Source: Eledone cirrhosa (Eukaryota). Taken from it: 64,000 bases of DNA. Positions within the stretch are counted from its first letter, which is position 1; every line of letters starts with the position of its first letter. The DNA is taken from assembly GCA_964016885.1 (NCBI GenBank), contig OZ024744.1, forward strand, positions 42,532,001 through 42,596,000, read 5' to 3'. The notes below the pieces were generated by a model. The model did not search any database and was not told the origin of the DNA. It worked only from the letters and a program-made list of their open reading frames with translations. Made by a program: the position numbers and the translations under genes. Below are positions 1 through 18,000 of this stretch, piece after piece.

Positions 1-3000
1 AACTACCAATACCCTAACACTGTCATAATTACCAATACCATAACACTGTCACAACTGCCAATATCCTACCACTGTCATAATTACCAATATCCTAACACTG
101 TCATAACTATCAATATCCTTACACTGCCATAACTACCAATATCATATCACTGTCATAACTACCAATATTATAACATTGTCATAACTACCAATATCATATC
201 ACTGTCATAACTACCAATATCATAACACTGTCATAACTACTAATATCATAACTGACATAACAACCAATATCCTAACACTGTCATAATTACCAATATCATA
301 ACACTGTCATAACTACCAATATCATAACACTGTCATAACTACCAATATCCTAACACTGTCATAACTACCAATGTCCTAACACTCATAACTACCTATATCA
401 TAACACTGTCATAACTACCAATATCCTAACACTGTCATAACTACCAATATCATAACTCTGTCATAACTACCAATATCCTAACACTGTCATAACTACCAAT
501 ATCATAACACTGTCATAACTACTAATATCATAACTGACATAACAACCAATATCCTAACACTGTCATAATTACCAATATCATAACACTGTCATAACTACCA
601 ATATCATAACACTGTCATAACTTCCATTATCCTAACACTGTCATAACTACCAATGTCCTAACACTCATAACTACCTATATCATAACACTGTCATAACTAC
701 CAATATCCTAACACTGTCATAACTACCAATATCATAACTCTGTCATAACTACCAATATCCTAACACTGTCATAATTACCAATATCATAACACTGTCATAA
801 TTACCCATATCCTAACACTGTCATAACTACCAATATCCTAACACTGTCATAACTACCAATATTATAACATTGTCATAACTACCAATATCCTAACGCTGTC
901 ATAACTACCAATATCCGAACACTCATAACTACCTATATCATAACACTGTCATAACTACCAATATCCTAACACTGTCATAACTACCAATATCATATCACTG
1001 TCATAACTACCAATATTATATCACTGTCATAACTACCAATATCATAACACTGTCATAACTACCAATATCGTAACACTATCATAACAACCAATATCATAGC
1101 ACTGTCATAACTACCAATATCATAACACTGTCATAATTACCAATATCCTAATACTGTCATAACTACCAATATCATAACATTGTCATAACTACCAATATCA
1201 TAACATTGTCATAACTACCAATAACATATCACTATCATAAATACCAATATCATAACACTGTCATAACTACCAATATCATATCACTGTCATGACTACCAAT
1301 ATCATAACACAATCATAACTACCAATATCATATCACTGTCATAACTACCAATATCATAACACTGTCATAATTACCAATATCATAACACTGTCATAACTAC
1401 CAATATCCTAACACTGTCATAACTACCAATATCGTAACACTATCATAACTACCAATATCATAGCACTGTCATAACTACCAATATCATAACACTGTCATAA
1501 ATACCAATATCATATCACTGTCATAAATACCAATATCATAACTGTCATAACTACCAATATCCTAACACTGTCATAACTACCAATATCATAACATTGTCAT
1601 AACTACCAATATCATAACATCGTCAAAACTACCAATATCATATTACTATCATAACTACCAATATCATAACACTGTCATAACTACCAATATCATATCACTG
1701 TCATAACTACCAATATCATAACACTGTCATAACTACCAATATCCTAACACTGTCATAACTACTAATATGATAACATTGTCATAAATACCGATATCATAAC
1801 ATCGTCATAACTACCAATATCATATCACTATCATAACTACCAATATCATAACACTGTCATAACTACCAATATCATATCACTGTCATAACTACCAATATCC
1901 TAACACTGTCATAACTACCAATATCCTAACACTGTCATAACTACCAATATCATAACACTGTCATAACTAGTAATATCATAATGTCATAACTACCAATATT
2001 CTAATACTGTCATAATTACCAATATCATAACACTGTCATAATTACCCATATCCTAACACTGTCATAACTACCAATATCCTAACACTGTCATAACTACCAA
2101 TATTATAACATTGTCATAACTACCAATATCATAACACTGTCATAACTAGCAATATCATAACACTGTCATAACTACTAATATCATAACACTGTCATAACTA
2201 CCAATATCATAACACTGTCATAACTAGTAATATCCTAACACTGTCATAACTACTAATATCATAACACTGTCATAACTACCAATATCCTAACACTGTCATA
2301 ATAACCAATATCATATCACTGTCATAACTACCAATATCCTAACACTGTCATAATTACAAATATCATAACACTGTCATAACTACCAATATCCTAACACTGC
2401 CATAGCTACCAATATCCTAGCACTGTCATAATTACCAATATCATAACACTGTGGTAATTACCAATATCATAACAGTGTCATAATTACCAATAAAATATCA
2501 CTGTGAAAACTACCAATATCATAACACTGTCATAACTACCAATATCATAACACTGTCATAACTACCAATATCGTATCACTGTCATAACTACCAATATCCT
2601 AACACTGTCATAATTACCAATATCATATCACTGTCATAACTACCAATATCCTAACACTGTCATAACTACCAATATCATAACATTGTCATAATTACCAATA
2701 TCATAACACAATCATAACTACCAATATCATATCACTGTCATAACTATCGATATGGTAACACTGTCATAATTACCAATATCATAACACTGTCATAACTACC
2801 AATATCCTAACACTGTCATACCTACTAATATCCTAACACTGTTATAACTACCAATATCCTTACACTGTCATAACTAACAATATCATAACACTGTCATAAC
2901 TACCAATATCCTAACACTGTCATAACTACTAATATCATAACACTGTCATAACTACCAATACCCTAACACTGTCATAATTACCAATACCATAACACTGTCA

Positions 3001-6000
3001 TAACTGCCAATATCCTACCACTGTCATAATTACCAATATCCAAACACTGTCATAACTATCAATATCCTTACACTGCCATAACTACCAATATCATATCACT
3101 GTCATAACTACCAATATCATAACACTGTCATAACTACTAATATCATAACTGACATAACAACCAATATCCTAACACTGTCATAATTACCAATATCATAACA
3201 CTGTCATAACTACCAATATCATAACACTGTCATAACTACCAATATCCTAACACTGTCATAACTACCAATGTCCTAACACTCATAACTACCTATATCATAA
3301 CACTGTCATAACTACCAATATCCTAACACTGTCATAACTACTAATATCATAACTCTGTCATAACTACCAATATCCTAACACTGTCATAACTACCAATATC
3401 ATAACACTGTCATAACTAGTAATAGCATAATGTCATAACTACCAATTTTCTAATACTGTCATAATTACCAATATCATAACACTGTCATAATTACCCATAT
3501 CCTAACACTGTCATAACTACCAATATCCTAACACTGTCATAACTACCAATATTATAACATTGTCATAACTACCAATATCCTAACGCTGTCATAACTACCA
3601 ATATCCTAACACTCATAACTACCTATATCATAACACTGTCATAACTACCAATATCCTAACACTGTCATAACTACCAATATCATATCACTGTCATAACTAC
3701 CAATATTATATCACTGTCATAACTACCAATATCATAACACTGTCATAACTACCAATATCGTAACACTATCATAACAACCAATATCATAGCACTGTCATAA
3801 CTACCAATATCATAACACTGTCATAATTACCAATATCCTAATACTGTCATAACTACCGATATCATAACATTGTCATAACTACCAATATCATAACATTGTC
3901 ATAACTACCAATATCATATCACTATCATAAATAACAATATCATAACACTGTCATAACTACCAATATCATATCACTGTCATGACTACCAATATCATAACAT
4001 TGTCATAACTACCAATATCATAACACTGTTATAACTACCAATATCATAACAATGTAATAACTACTAATATCATAACACTGTCATAACTACCAATATCATA
4101 ACACTGTCATAACTACCAATATCATAACACAATCATAACTACCAATATCATAACACTGTCATAATTACCAATATCATAACACTGTCATAACTACCAATAT
4201 CCTAACACTGTCATAACTACCAATATCATAACATTGTCATAACTACCAATATCATAACATCGTCAAAACTACCAATATCATATTACTATCATAACTACCA
4301 ATATCATAACACTGTCATAACTACCAATATCATATCACTGTCATAACTACCAATATCATAACACTGTCATAACTACCAATATCCTAACACTGTCATAACT
4401 ACTAATATGATAACATTGTCATAAATACCAATATCATAACATCGTCATAACTACCAATATCATATCACTATCATAACTACCAATATCATAACACTGTCAT
4501 AACTACCAATATCATATCACTGTCATAACTACCAATATCCTAACACTGTCATAACTACCAATATCCTAACACTGTCATAACTACCAATATCATAACACTG
4601 TCATAACTAGTAATATCATAATGTCATAACTACCAATATTCTAATACCAATGTCATAATTACCAATATCATAACACTGTCATACTAATATGATAACATTG
4701 TCATAAATACCGATATCATAACATCGTCATAACTACCGATATCATATCACTATCATAACTACCAATATCATAACACTGTCATAACTACCAATATCATATC
4801 ACTGTCATAACTACCAATATCCTAACACTGTCATAACTACCAATATCCTAACACTGTCATAACTACCAATATCATAACACTGTCATAACTAGTAATATCA
4901 TAATGTCATAACTACCAATATTCTAATACCAATGTCATAATTACCAATATCATAACACTGTCATAATTACCCATATCCTAACACTGTCATAACTACCAAT
5001 ATCCTAACACTGTCATAACTACCAATATTATAACATTGTCATAACTACCAATATCATAACACTGTCATAACTAGCAATATCATAACACTGTCATAACTAC
5101 TAATATCATAACACTGTCATAACTACCAATATCATAACACTGTCATAACTAGTAATATCCTAACACTGTCATAACTACTAATATCATAACACTGTCATAA
5201 CTACCAATATCCTAACACTGTCATAATAACCAATATCATATCACTGTCATAACTACCAATATCCTAACACTGTCATAATTACAAATATCATAACACTGTC
5301 ATAACTACCAATATCCTAACACTGCCATAGCTACCAATATCCTAGCACTGTCATAATTACCAATATCATAACACTGTGGTAATTACCAATATCATAACAG
5401 TGTCATAATTACCAATAAAATATCACTGTGATAACTACCAATATCATAACACTGTCATAACTACCAATATCATAACACTGTCATAACTACCAATATCGTA
5501 TCACTGTCATAACTACCAATATCCTAACACTGTCATAATTACCAATATCATATCACTGTCATAACTACCAATATCCTAACACTGTCATAACTACCAATAT
5601 CATAACATTGTCATAATTACCAATATCATAACACAATCATAACTACCAATATCATATCACTGTCATAACTATCGATATGGTAACACTGTCATAATTACCA
5701 ATATCATAACACTGTCATAACTACCAATATCCTAACACTGTCATACCTACTAATATCCTAACACTGTTATAACTACCAATATCCTTACACTGTCATAACT
5801 AACAATATCATAACACTGTCATAACTACCAATATCCTAACACTGTCATAACTACTAATATCATAACACTGTCATAACTACCAATACCCTAACACTGTCAT
5901 AATTACCAATACCATAACACTGTCATAACTGCCAATATCCTACCACTGTCATAATTACCAATATCCTAACACTGTCATAACTATCAATATCCTTACACTG

Positions 6001-9000
6001 CCATAACTACCAATATCATATCACTGTCATAACTACCAATATTATAACATTGTCATAACTACCAATATCATATCACTGTCATAACTACCAATATCATAAC
6101 ACTGTCATAACTACTAATATCATAACTGACATAACAACCAATATCCTAACACTGTCATAATTACCAATATCATAACACTGTCATAACTACCAATATCATA
6201 ACACTGTCATAACTACCAATATCCTAACACTGTCATAACTACCAATGTCCTAACACTCATAACTACCTATATCATAACACTGTCATAACTACCAATATCC
6301 TAACACTGTCATAACTACCAATATCATAACTCTGTCATAACTACCAACATCCTAACACTGTCATAACTACCAATATCCTAACACTGTCATAACTACCAAT
6401 ATCATAACACTGTCATAACTACCAATATCATAACACTGTCATAACTACTATTATCATAACACTGTCATAACTACCAATATCATAACACTGTCATAACTGC
6501 CAATATCCTAACACTGTCATAATTACCAATATCCTAACACTGTCATAACTATCAATATCCTAACACTGTCATAACTACCAATATCATATCGCTGTCATAA
6601 CTACCAATATTATAACACTGTCATAACTACCAATATCATATCACTGTCATAGCTACTAATATCATAACACTGTCATAACTACTAATATCATAACACTGTC
6701 ATAACTACCAATGTCCTAACACTGTCATAACTACCAATATCATAACACTGTCATAACTACCAATATCCTAACACTGTCATAACTACCAATATCCTAACAC
6801 TGTCATAACTACCAATATCATAACACTGTCATAACTACTAATATCATAATGTCATAACTACCAATATTCTAATACTGTCATAATTACCAATATCATAACA
6901 CTGTCATAATTACCCATATACTAACACTGTCATAACTACCAATATCCTAACACTGTCATCACTACCAATATTATAACATTGTCATAACTACCAATATCAT
7001 AACACTGTCATAACTAGCAATATCATAACACTCATAACTACTAATATCATAACACTGTCATAACTACCAATATCATAACACTGTCATAATTACCAATATC
7101 ATAACACTGTCATAACTACCAACATCCTAACACTGTCATAATTACCAATATCATAACACTGTCATAACTACCAATATCATAACACTGTCATAACTACTAA
7201 TATCATAACACTGTCATAACTACCAATATCCTAACACTGTCATAATAACCAATATCATATCACTGTCATAACTACCAATATCCTAACACTGTCATAATTA
7301 CAAATATCATAACACTGTCATAACTACCAATATCCTAACACTGCCATAGCTACCAATATCCTAGCACTGTCATAATTACCAATATCAAAACACTGTGGTA
7401 ATTACCAATATCATAACAGTGTCATAATTACCAATAAAATATCACTGTCATAACTACCAATATCAAAACACTGTCATAACTACCAATATCATATCACTGT
7501 CATAACTACCAATATCCTAACACTGTCATAATTACCAATATCATATCACTGTCATAACTACCAATATCCTAACACTGTCATAACTACCAATATCATAACA
7601 TTGTCATAATTACCAATATCATAAGACAATCATAACTACCAATATCATATCACTGTCATAACTATCGATATCGTAACACTGTCATAATTACCAATATCAT
7701 AACACTGTCATAACTACCAATATCCTAACACTGTCATAACTACTAATATCCTAACACTGTCATAACTACCAATATCCTTACACTGTCATAACTACCAATA
7801 TCATAACAATGTCATAACTACCAATATCCTAACAGTCGTAACTACTAATATCACAACACTGTCATAACTACCAATATCTTAACACTGTCATAATTACCAA
7901 TATCATAACACTGTCATAACTGCCAATATCCTACCACTGTCATAATTACCAATATCCTAACACTGTCATAACTATCAATATCCTTACACTATCATAACTA
8001 CCAATATCATATCACTGTCATAACTACCAATATTATAACACTGTCATTACTACCAATATTATATCACTGTCATAACTACCAATATCATAACACTGTCATA
8101 ACTACTAATATCATGACACTGTCATAACTACCAATATCCTAACACTGTCATAATTACCAATATCATAACACTTTCATAACTACCAATATCATAACACTGT
8201 CATAACTACCAATATCCTAACACTGTCATAACTACCAATATCCTAACACTCATAACTACCAATATCATAACACTGTCATAACTACCAATATCCTAACACT
8301 GTCATAACTACTAATATCATAATGTCATAACTACCAATATCCTAATACTGTCATAATTACCAATATCATAACACTGTCATAACTACCATTATCCTAACAC
8401 CGTCATAATTACCAATATCCTAACACTGTCATAACTACCCATATCCTAACACTGCCATAACTAGCAATATTATAACATGGTCATAACTACCAATATCATA
8501 ACACTGTCATAACTACCAATATCATAACACTGTCATAACTACTGATATCATAACACTGTCATAACTACAAATATCATAACACTGTCATAACTACCAATAT
8601 CCTAACACTGTCATAATTACCAATATCATAACACTGTCATAACTACCAATATCATAACACTGTCATAACTACCAATATCGTAACACTGTCATAATTACCA
8701 ATATCATAACACTGTCATAACTACTAATATCCTAATACTGTCATAATTACCAATATCATAACACTGTCATAACTACCAATATCCTAACACCGTCATAATT
8801 ACCAATATCCTAACACTGTCATAACTACCAATATCCTAACACTGCCATAACTAGCAATATTATAACATGGTCATAACTACCAATATCATAACACTGTCAT
8901 AACTACCAATATCATAACACTGTCATAACTACTGATATCATAACACTGTCATAACTACCAATATCATAACACTGTCATAACTACCAATATCATAACACTG

Positions 9001-12000
9001 TCATAACTACCAATATCATAACACTGTCATAATTACCAATATCCTAACACTGCCATAGCTACCAATATCCTAGCACTGTCATAATTACCAATATCATAAC
9101 ACTGTGGTAATTACCAATATCATAACAGTGTCATAATTACCAATAAAATATCACTGTCATAACTACCAATATCATAACACTGTCATAACTACCAATATCC
9201 TAACACTGTCATAACTACCAATATCATATCACTGTCATAACTACCAATATCCTAACACTGTCATAATTACCAATATCATATCACTGTCATAACTACCAAT
9301 ATCCTAACACTGTCATAACTACCAATATCATAACATTGTCATAATTACCAATATCATAACACAATCATAACTACCAATATCATATCACTGTCATAACTAT
9401 CGATATCGTGACACTGTCATAATTACCAATATCATAACACTGTCATAACTACCAATATCCTAACACTGTCATAACTACTAATATCCTAACACTGTCATAA
9501 CTACCAATATCCTTACACTGTCATAACTAACAATATCATAACACTGTCATAACTACCAATATCCTAACACTGTCATAACTACTAATATCATAACACTGTC
9601 ATAACTACCAATATCCTAACACTGTCATAATTACCAATACCATAACACTGTCATAACTGCCAATATCCTACCACTGTCATAATTACCAATATCCTAACAC
9701 TGTCATAACTATCAATATCATAACACTGTCATAACTAGTAATATCATAATGTCATAACTACCAATATTCTAATACCAATGTCATAAATACCGATATCATA
9801 ACATCGTCATAACTACCAATATCATATCACTATCATAACTACCAATATCATAACACTGTCATAACTACCAATATCATATCACTGTCATAACTACCAATAT
9901 CCTAACACTGTCATAACTACCAATATCCTAACACTGTCATAACTACCAATATCATAACACTGTCATAACTAGTAATATCATAATGTCATAACTACCAATA
10001 TTCTAATACCAATGTCATAATTACCAATATCATAACACTGTCATACTAATATGATAACATTGTCATAAATACCGATATCATAACATCGTCATAACTACCG
10101 ATATCATATCACTATCATAACTACCAATATCATAACACTGTCATAACTACCAATATCATATCACTGTCATAACTACCAATATCCTAACACTGTCATAACT
10201 ACCAATATCCTAACACTGTCATAACTACCAATATCATAACACTGTCATAACTAGTAATATCATAATGTCATAACTACCAATATTCTAATACCAATGTCAT
10301 AATTACCAATATCATAACACTGTCATAATTACCCATATCCTAACACTGTCATAACTACCAATATCCTAACACTGTCATAACTACCAATATTATAACATTG
10401 TCATAACTACCAATATCATAACACTGTCATAACTAGCAATATCATAACACTGTCATAACTACTAATATCATAACACTGTCATAACTACCAATATCATAAC
10501 ACTGTCATAACTAGTAATATCCTAACACTGTCATAACTACTAATATCATAACACTGTCATAACTACCAATATCCTAACACTGTCATAATAACCAATATCA
10601 TATCACTGTCATAACTACCAATATCCTAACACTGTCATAATTACAAATATCATAACACTGTCATAACTACCAATATCCTAACACTGCCATAGCTACCAAT
10701 ATCCTAGCACTGTCATAATTACCAATATCATAACACTGTGGTAATTACCAATATCATAACAGTGTCATAATTACCAATAAAATATCACTGTGATAACTAC
10801 CAATATCATAACACTGTCATAACTACCAATATCATAACACTGTCATAACTACCAATATCGTATCACTGTCATAACTACCAATATCCTAACACTGTCATAA
10901 TTACCAATATCATATCACTGTCATAACTACCAATATCCTAACACTGTCATAACTACCAATATCATAACATTGTCATAATTACCAATATCATAACACAATC
11001 ATAACTACCAATATCATATCACTGTCATAACTATCGATATGGTAACACTGTCATAATTACCAATATCATAACACTGTCATAACTACCAATATCCTAACAC
11101 TGTCATACCTACTAATATCCTAACACTGTTATAACTACCAATATCCTTACACTGTCATAACTAACAATATCATAACACTGTCATAACTACCAATATCCTA
11201 ACACTGTCATAACTACTAATATCATAACACTGTCATAACTACCAATACCCTAACACTGTCATAATTACCAATACCATAACACTGTCATAACTGCCAATAT
11301 CCTACCACTGTCATAATTACCAATATCCTAACACTGTCATAACTATCAATATCCTTACACTGCCATAACTACCAATATCATATCACTGTCATAACTACCA
11401 ATATTATAACATTGTCATAACTACCAATATCATATCACTGTCATAACTACCAATATCATAACACTGTCATAACTACTAATATCATAACTGACATAACAAC
11501 CAATATCCTAACACTGTCATAATTACCAATATCATAACACTGTCATAACTACCAATATCATAACACTGTCATAACTACCAATATCCTAACACTGTCATAA
11601 CTACCAATGTCCTAACACTCATAACTACCTATATCATAACACTGTCATAACTACCAATATCCTAACACTGTCATAACTACCAATATCATAACTCTGTCAT
11701 AACTACCAACATCCTAACACTGTCATAACTACCAATATCCTAACACTGTCATAACTACCAATATCATAACACTGTCATAACTACCAATATCATAACACTG
11801 TCATAACTACTATTATCATAACACTGTCATAACTACCAATATCATAACACTGTCATAACTGCCAATATCCTAACACTGTCATAATTACCAATATCCTAAC
11901 ACTGTCATAACTATCAATATCCTAACACTGTCATAACTACCAATATCATATCGCTGTCATAACTACCAATATTATAACACTGTCATAACTACCAATATCA

Positions 12001-15000
12001 TATCACTGTCATAGCTACTAATATCATAACACTGTCATAACTACTAATATCATAACACTGTCATAACTACCAATATCCTAACACTGTCATAACTACCAAT
12101 ATTATAACACTGTCATAACTACCAATATCCTAACACTGTCATAACTACCAATATCCTAACACTGTCATAACTACCAATATCATAACACTGTCATAACTAC
12201 TAATATCATAATGTCATAACTACCAATATTCTAATACTGTCATAATTACCAATATCATAACACTGTCATAATTACCCATATACTAACACTGTCATAACTA
12301 CCAATATCCTAACACTGTCATCACTACCAATATTATAACATTGTCATAACTACCAATATCATAACACTGTCATAACTAGCAATATCATAACACTCATAAC
12401 TACTAATATCATAACACTGTCATAACTACCAATATCATAACACTGTCATAATTACCAATATCATAACACTGTCATAACTACCAACATCCTAACACTGTCA
12501 TAATTACCAATATCATAACACTGTCATAACTACCAATATCATAACACTGTCATAACTACTAATATCATAACACTGTCATAACTACCAATATCCTAACACT
12601 GTCATAATAACCAATATCATATCACTGTCATAACTACCAATATCCTAACACTGTCATAATTACAAATATCATAACACTGTCATAACTACCAATATCCTAA
12701 CACTGCCATAGCTACCAATATCCTAGCACTGTCATAATTACCAATATCATAACACTGTGGTAATTACCAATATCATAACAGTGTCATAATTACCAATAAA
12801 ATATCACTGTCATAACTACCAATATCAAAACACTGTCATAACTACCAATATCATATCACTGTCATAACTACCAATATCCTAACACTGTCATAATTACCAA
12901 TATCATATCACTGTCATAACTACCAATATCCTAACACTGTCATAACTACCAATATCATAACATTGTCATAATTACCAATATCATAACACAATCATAACTA
13001 CCAATATCATATCACTGTCATAACTATCGATATCGTAACACTGTCATAATTACCAATATCATAACACTGTCATAACTACCAATATCCTAACACTGTCATA
13101 ACTACTAATATCCTAACACTGTCATAACTACCAATATCCTTACACTGTCATAACTACCAATATCATAACAATGTCATAACTACCAATATCCTAACAGTCG
13201 TAACTACTAATATCACAACACTGTCATAACTACCAATATCTTAACACTGTCATAATTACCAATATCATAACACTGTCATAACTGCCAATATCCTACCACT
13301 GTCATAATTACCAATATCCTAACACTGTCATAACTATCAATATCCTTACACTATCATAACTACCAATATCATATCACTGTCATAACTACCAATATTATAA
13401 CACTGTCATTACTACCAATATTATATCACTGTCATAACTACCAATATCATAACACTGTCATAACTACTAATATCATGACACTGTCATAACTACCAATATC
13501 CTAACACTGTCATAATTACCAATATCATAACACTTTCATAACTACCAATATCATAACACTGTCATAACTACCAATATCCTAACACTGTCATAACTACCAA
13601 TATCCTAACACTCATAACTACCAATATCATAACACTGTCATAACTACCAATATCCTAACACTGTCATAACTACTAATATCATAATGTCATAACTACCAAT
13701 ATCCTAATACTGTCATAATTACCAATATCATAACACTGTCATAACTACCATTATCCTAACACCGTCATAATTACCAATATCCTAACACTGTCATAACTAC
13801 CCATATCCTAACACTGCCATAACTAGCAATATTATAACATGGTCATAACTACCAATATCATAACACTGTCATAACTACCAATATCATAACACTGTCATAA
13901 CTACTGATATCATAACACTGTCATAACTACAAATATCATAACACTGTCATAACTACCAATATCCTAACACTGTCATAATTACCAATATCATAACACTGTC
14001 ATAACTACCAATATCATAACACTCTCATAACTACCAATATCATAACACTGTCATAATTACCAATATCATAACACTGTCATAACTACTAATATCCTAATAC
14101 TGTCATAATTACCAATATCATAACACTGTCATAACTACCAATATCCTAACACCGTCATAATTACCAATATCCTAACACTGTCATAACTACCAATATCCTA
14201 ACACTGCCATAACTAGCAATATTATAACATGGTCATAACTACCAATATCATAACACTGTCATAACTACCAATATCATAACACTGTCATAACTACTGATAT
14301 CATAACACTGTCATAACTACCAATATCATAACACTGTCATAACTACCAATATCATAACACTGTCATAACTACCAATATCATAACACTGTCATAATTACCA
14401 ATATCATAACACTGTCATAACTACTAATATCCTAATACTGTCATAACTACTAATATCATAACACTGTCATAACTACCAATATCCTAACACTGTCATAATT
14501 ACCAATATCATATCACTGTCATAACTACCAATATCCTAACACTGTCATAATTACAAATATCATAACACTCTCATAACTACCAATATCCTAACACTGCCAA
14601 AGCTACCAATATCCTAGTACTGTCATAATTACCAATATTATAACACTGTCATAACTACCAATATCATAACACTGTCATAACTACCAATATCATAATTGCC
14701 AATATCATAACACTGTCATAACTACCAATATCCTAACACTGTCATAATTACCAATATCATAACTCTGTCATAACTACCAATATCATAACACTGTCATAAC
14801 TACCAATATCATATCACTGTTATAACTACCAATATCCTAACACTGTCATAACTACCAATATCATAACACTGTCATAACTACCAATATCATAACTGTCATA
14901 ATTACCAATATCATAACACTGTCAAAATTACCAATATCATAACCATTGTCATAACTACCAATATCCTAACACTGTCATAACTACCAATATCATAACACTG

Positions 15001-18000
15001 TCATAACTACCAATATCATAACACTGTCATAACTACCAATATCATAACACTGTCATAACTACCAATATCATAACTGTCATAATTACCAATATCATAACAC
15101 TGTCAAAATTACCAATATCATAACCATTGTCATAACTACCAATATCATAACACTGTCATAATTACCAATATCATAACACTGTGGTAATTACCAATATCAT
15201 AACAGTGTCATAATTACCAATAAAATATCACTGTCATAACTACCAATATCATAACACTGTCATAACTACCAATATCATAACACTGTCATAACTACCAATA
15301 TCATATCACTGTCATATCTACCAATATCCTAACACTGTCATAACTACCAATATCATAACACTGTCATAACTACCAATATCCTAACACTGTCATAACTACC
15401 AATATCCTAACACTGTCATAACTACCAATATCATAACACTGTCATAACTAGTAATATCATAATGTCATAACTACCAATATTCTAATACTGTCATAATTAC
15501 CAATATCATAACACTGTCATAATTACACATATCCTAACACTGTCATAACTACCAATATCCTAACACTGTCATAACTACCAATATTATAACATTGTCATAA
15601 CTACCAATATCATAACACTGTCATAACTAGCAATATCATAACACTGTCATAACTACTAATATCATAACACTGTCATAACTACCAATATCATAACACTGTC
15701 ATAATTACCAATATCATAACACTGTCATAACTAGTAATATCCTAACACTGTCATAACTACTAATATCATAACACTGTCATAACTACCAATATCCTAACAC
15801 TGTCATAATAACCAATATCATATCACTGTCATAACTACCAATATCCTAACACTGTCATAATTACAAATATCATAACACTGTCATAACTACCAATATCCTA
15901 ACACTGCCATAGCTACCAATATCCTAGCACTGTCATAATTACCAATATCATAACACTGTGGTAATTACCAATATCATAACAGTGTCATAATTACCAATAA
16001 AATATCACTGTCATAACTACCAATATCATAACACTGTCATAACTACCAATATCATAACACTGTCATAACTACCAATATCATATCACTGTCATGACTACCA
16101 ATATCCTAACACTGTCATAATTACCAATATCATATCACTGTCATAACTACCAATATCCTAACACTGTCATAACTACCAATATCATAACATTGTCATAATT
16201 ACCAATATCATAACACAATCATAACTACCAATATCATATCACTGTCATAACTATCGATATCGTGACACTGTCATAATTACCAATATCATAACACTGTCAT
16301 AACTACCAATATCCTAACACTGTCATAACTACTAATATCCTAACACTGTCATAACTACCAATATCCTTACACTGTCATAACTAGCAATATCATAACACTG
16401 TCATAACTACCAATATCCTAACACTGTCATAACTACTAATATCATAACACTGTCATAACTACCAATATCCTAACACTGTCATAATTACCAATACCATAAC
16501 ACTGTCATAACTGCCAATATCCTACCACTGTCATAATTACCAATATCCTAACACTGTCATAACTATCAATATCCTTACACTGCCATAACTACCAATATCA
16601 TATCACTGTCATAACTACCAATATTATAACATTGTCATAACTATCAATATCATATCACTGTCATAACTACCAATATCATAACACTGTCATAACTACTAAT
16701 ATCATAACACTGGCATAACAACCAATATCCTAACACTGTCATAATTACCAATATCATAACACTGTCATAACTACAAATATCATAACACTGTCATAACTAC
16801 CAATATCCTAACACTCATAACTACCTATATCATAACACTGTCATAACTACCAATATCCTAACACTGTCATAACTACCAATATCATAACACTGTCATAACT
16901 ACCAATATCCTAACACTGTCATAACTACCGATATCATAACACTGTCATAACTACCAATATCATAACACTGTCATAACTACTAATATCATAACACTGTCAT
17001 AACTACCAATATCATAACACTGTCATAATTACCAATATCATAACACTGTCATAACTGCCAATATCCTAACACTGTCATAATTACCAATATCCTAACACTG
17101 TCATAACTATCAATATCCTAACACTGTCATAACTACCAATATCATATCGCTGTCATAACTACCAATATTATAACACTGTCATAACTACCAATATCATATC
17201 ACTGTCATAGCTACTAATATCATAACACTGTCATAACTACTAATATCATAACACTGTCATAACTACCAATATCCTAACACTGTCATAACTACCAATATCC
17301 TAACACTGTCATAACTACAAATATCCTAACACTGTCATAACTACCAATATCATAACACTGTTATAACTACTAATATCATAATGTCATAACTACCAATATT
17401 CTAATACTGTCATAATTACCGATATCATAACACTGTCATAGTTACCCATATACTAACACTGTCATCACTACCAACATTATAACATTGTCATAACTACCAA
17501 TATCATAACACTGTCATAACTAGCAATATCATAACACTGTCATAACTACTAATATCATAACACTGTCATAACTACCAATATCATAACACTGTCATAATTA
17601 CCAATATCATATCACTGTCATAACTACCAACATCCTAACAATGTCATAATTACCAATATCATAACACTGTCATAACTACCAATATCATAACACTGTCATA
17701 ACTACTAATATCATAACACTGTCATAACTACCAATATCCTAACACTGTCATAATAACCAATATCATATCACTGTCATAACTACCAATATCCTAACACTGT
17801 CATAATTACAAATATCATAACACTGTCATAACTACCAATATCCTAACACTGCCATAGCTACCAATATCCTAGCACTGTCATAATTACCAATATCATAACA
17901 CTGTGGTAATTACCAATATCATAACAGTGTCATAATTACCAATAAAATATCACTGTCATAACTACCAATATCATAACACAGTCATAACTACCAATATCAT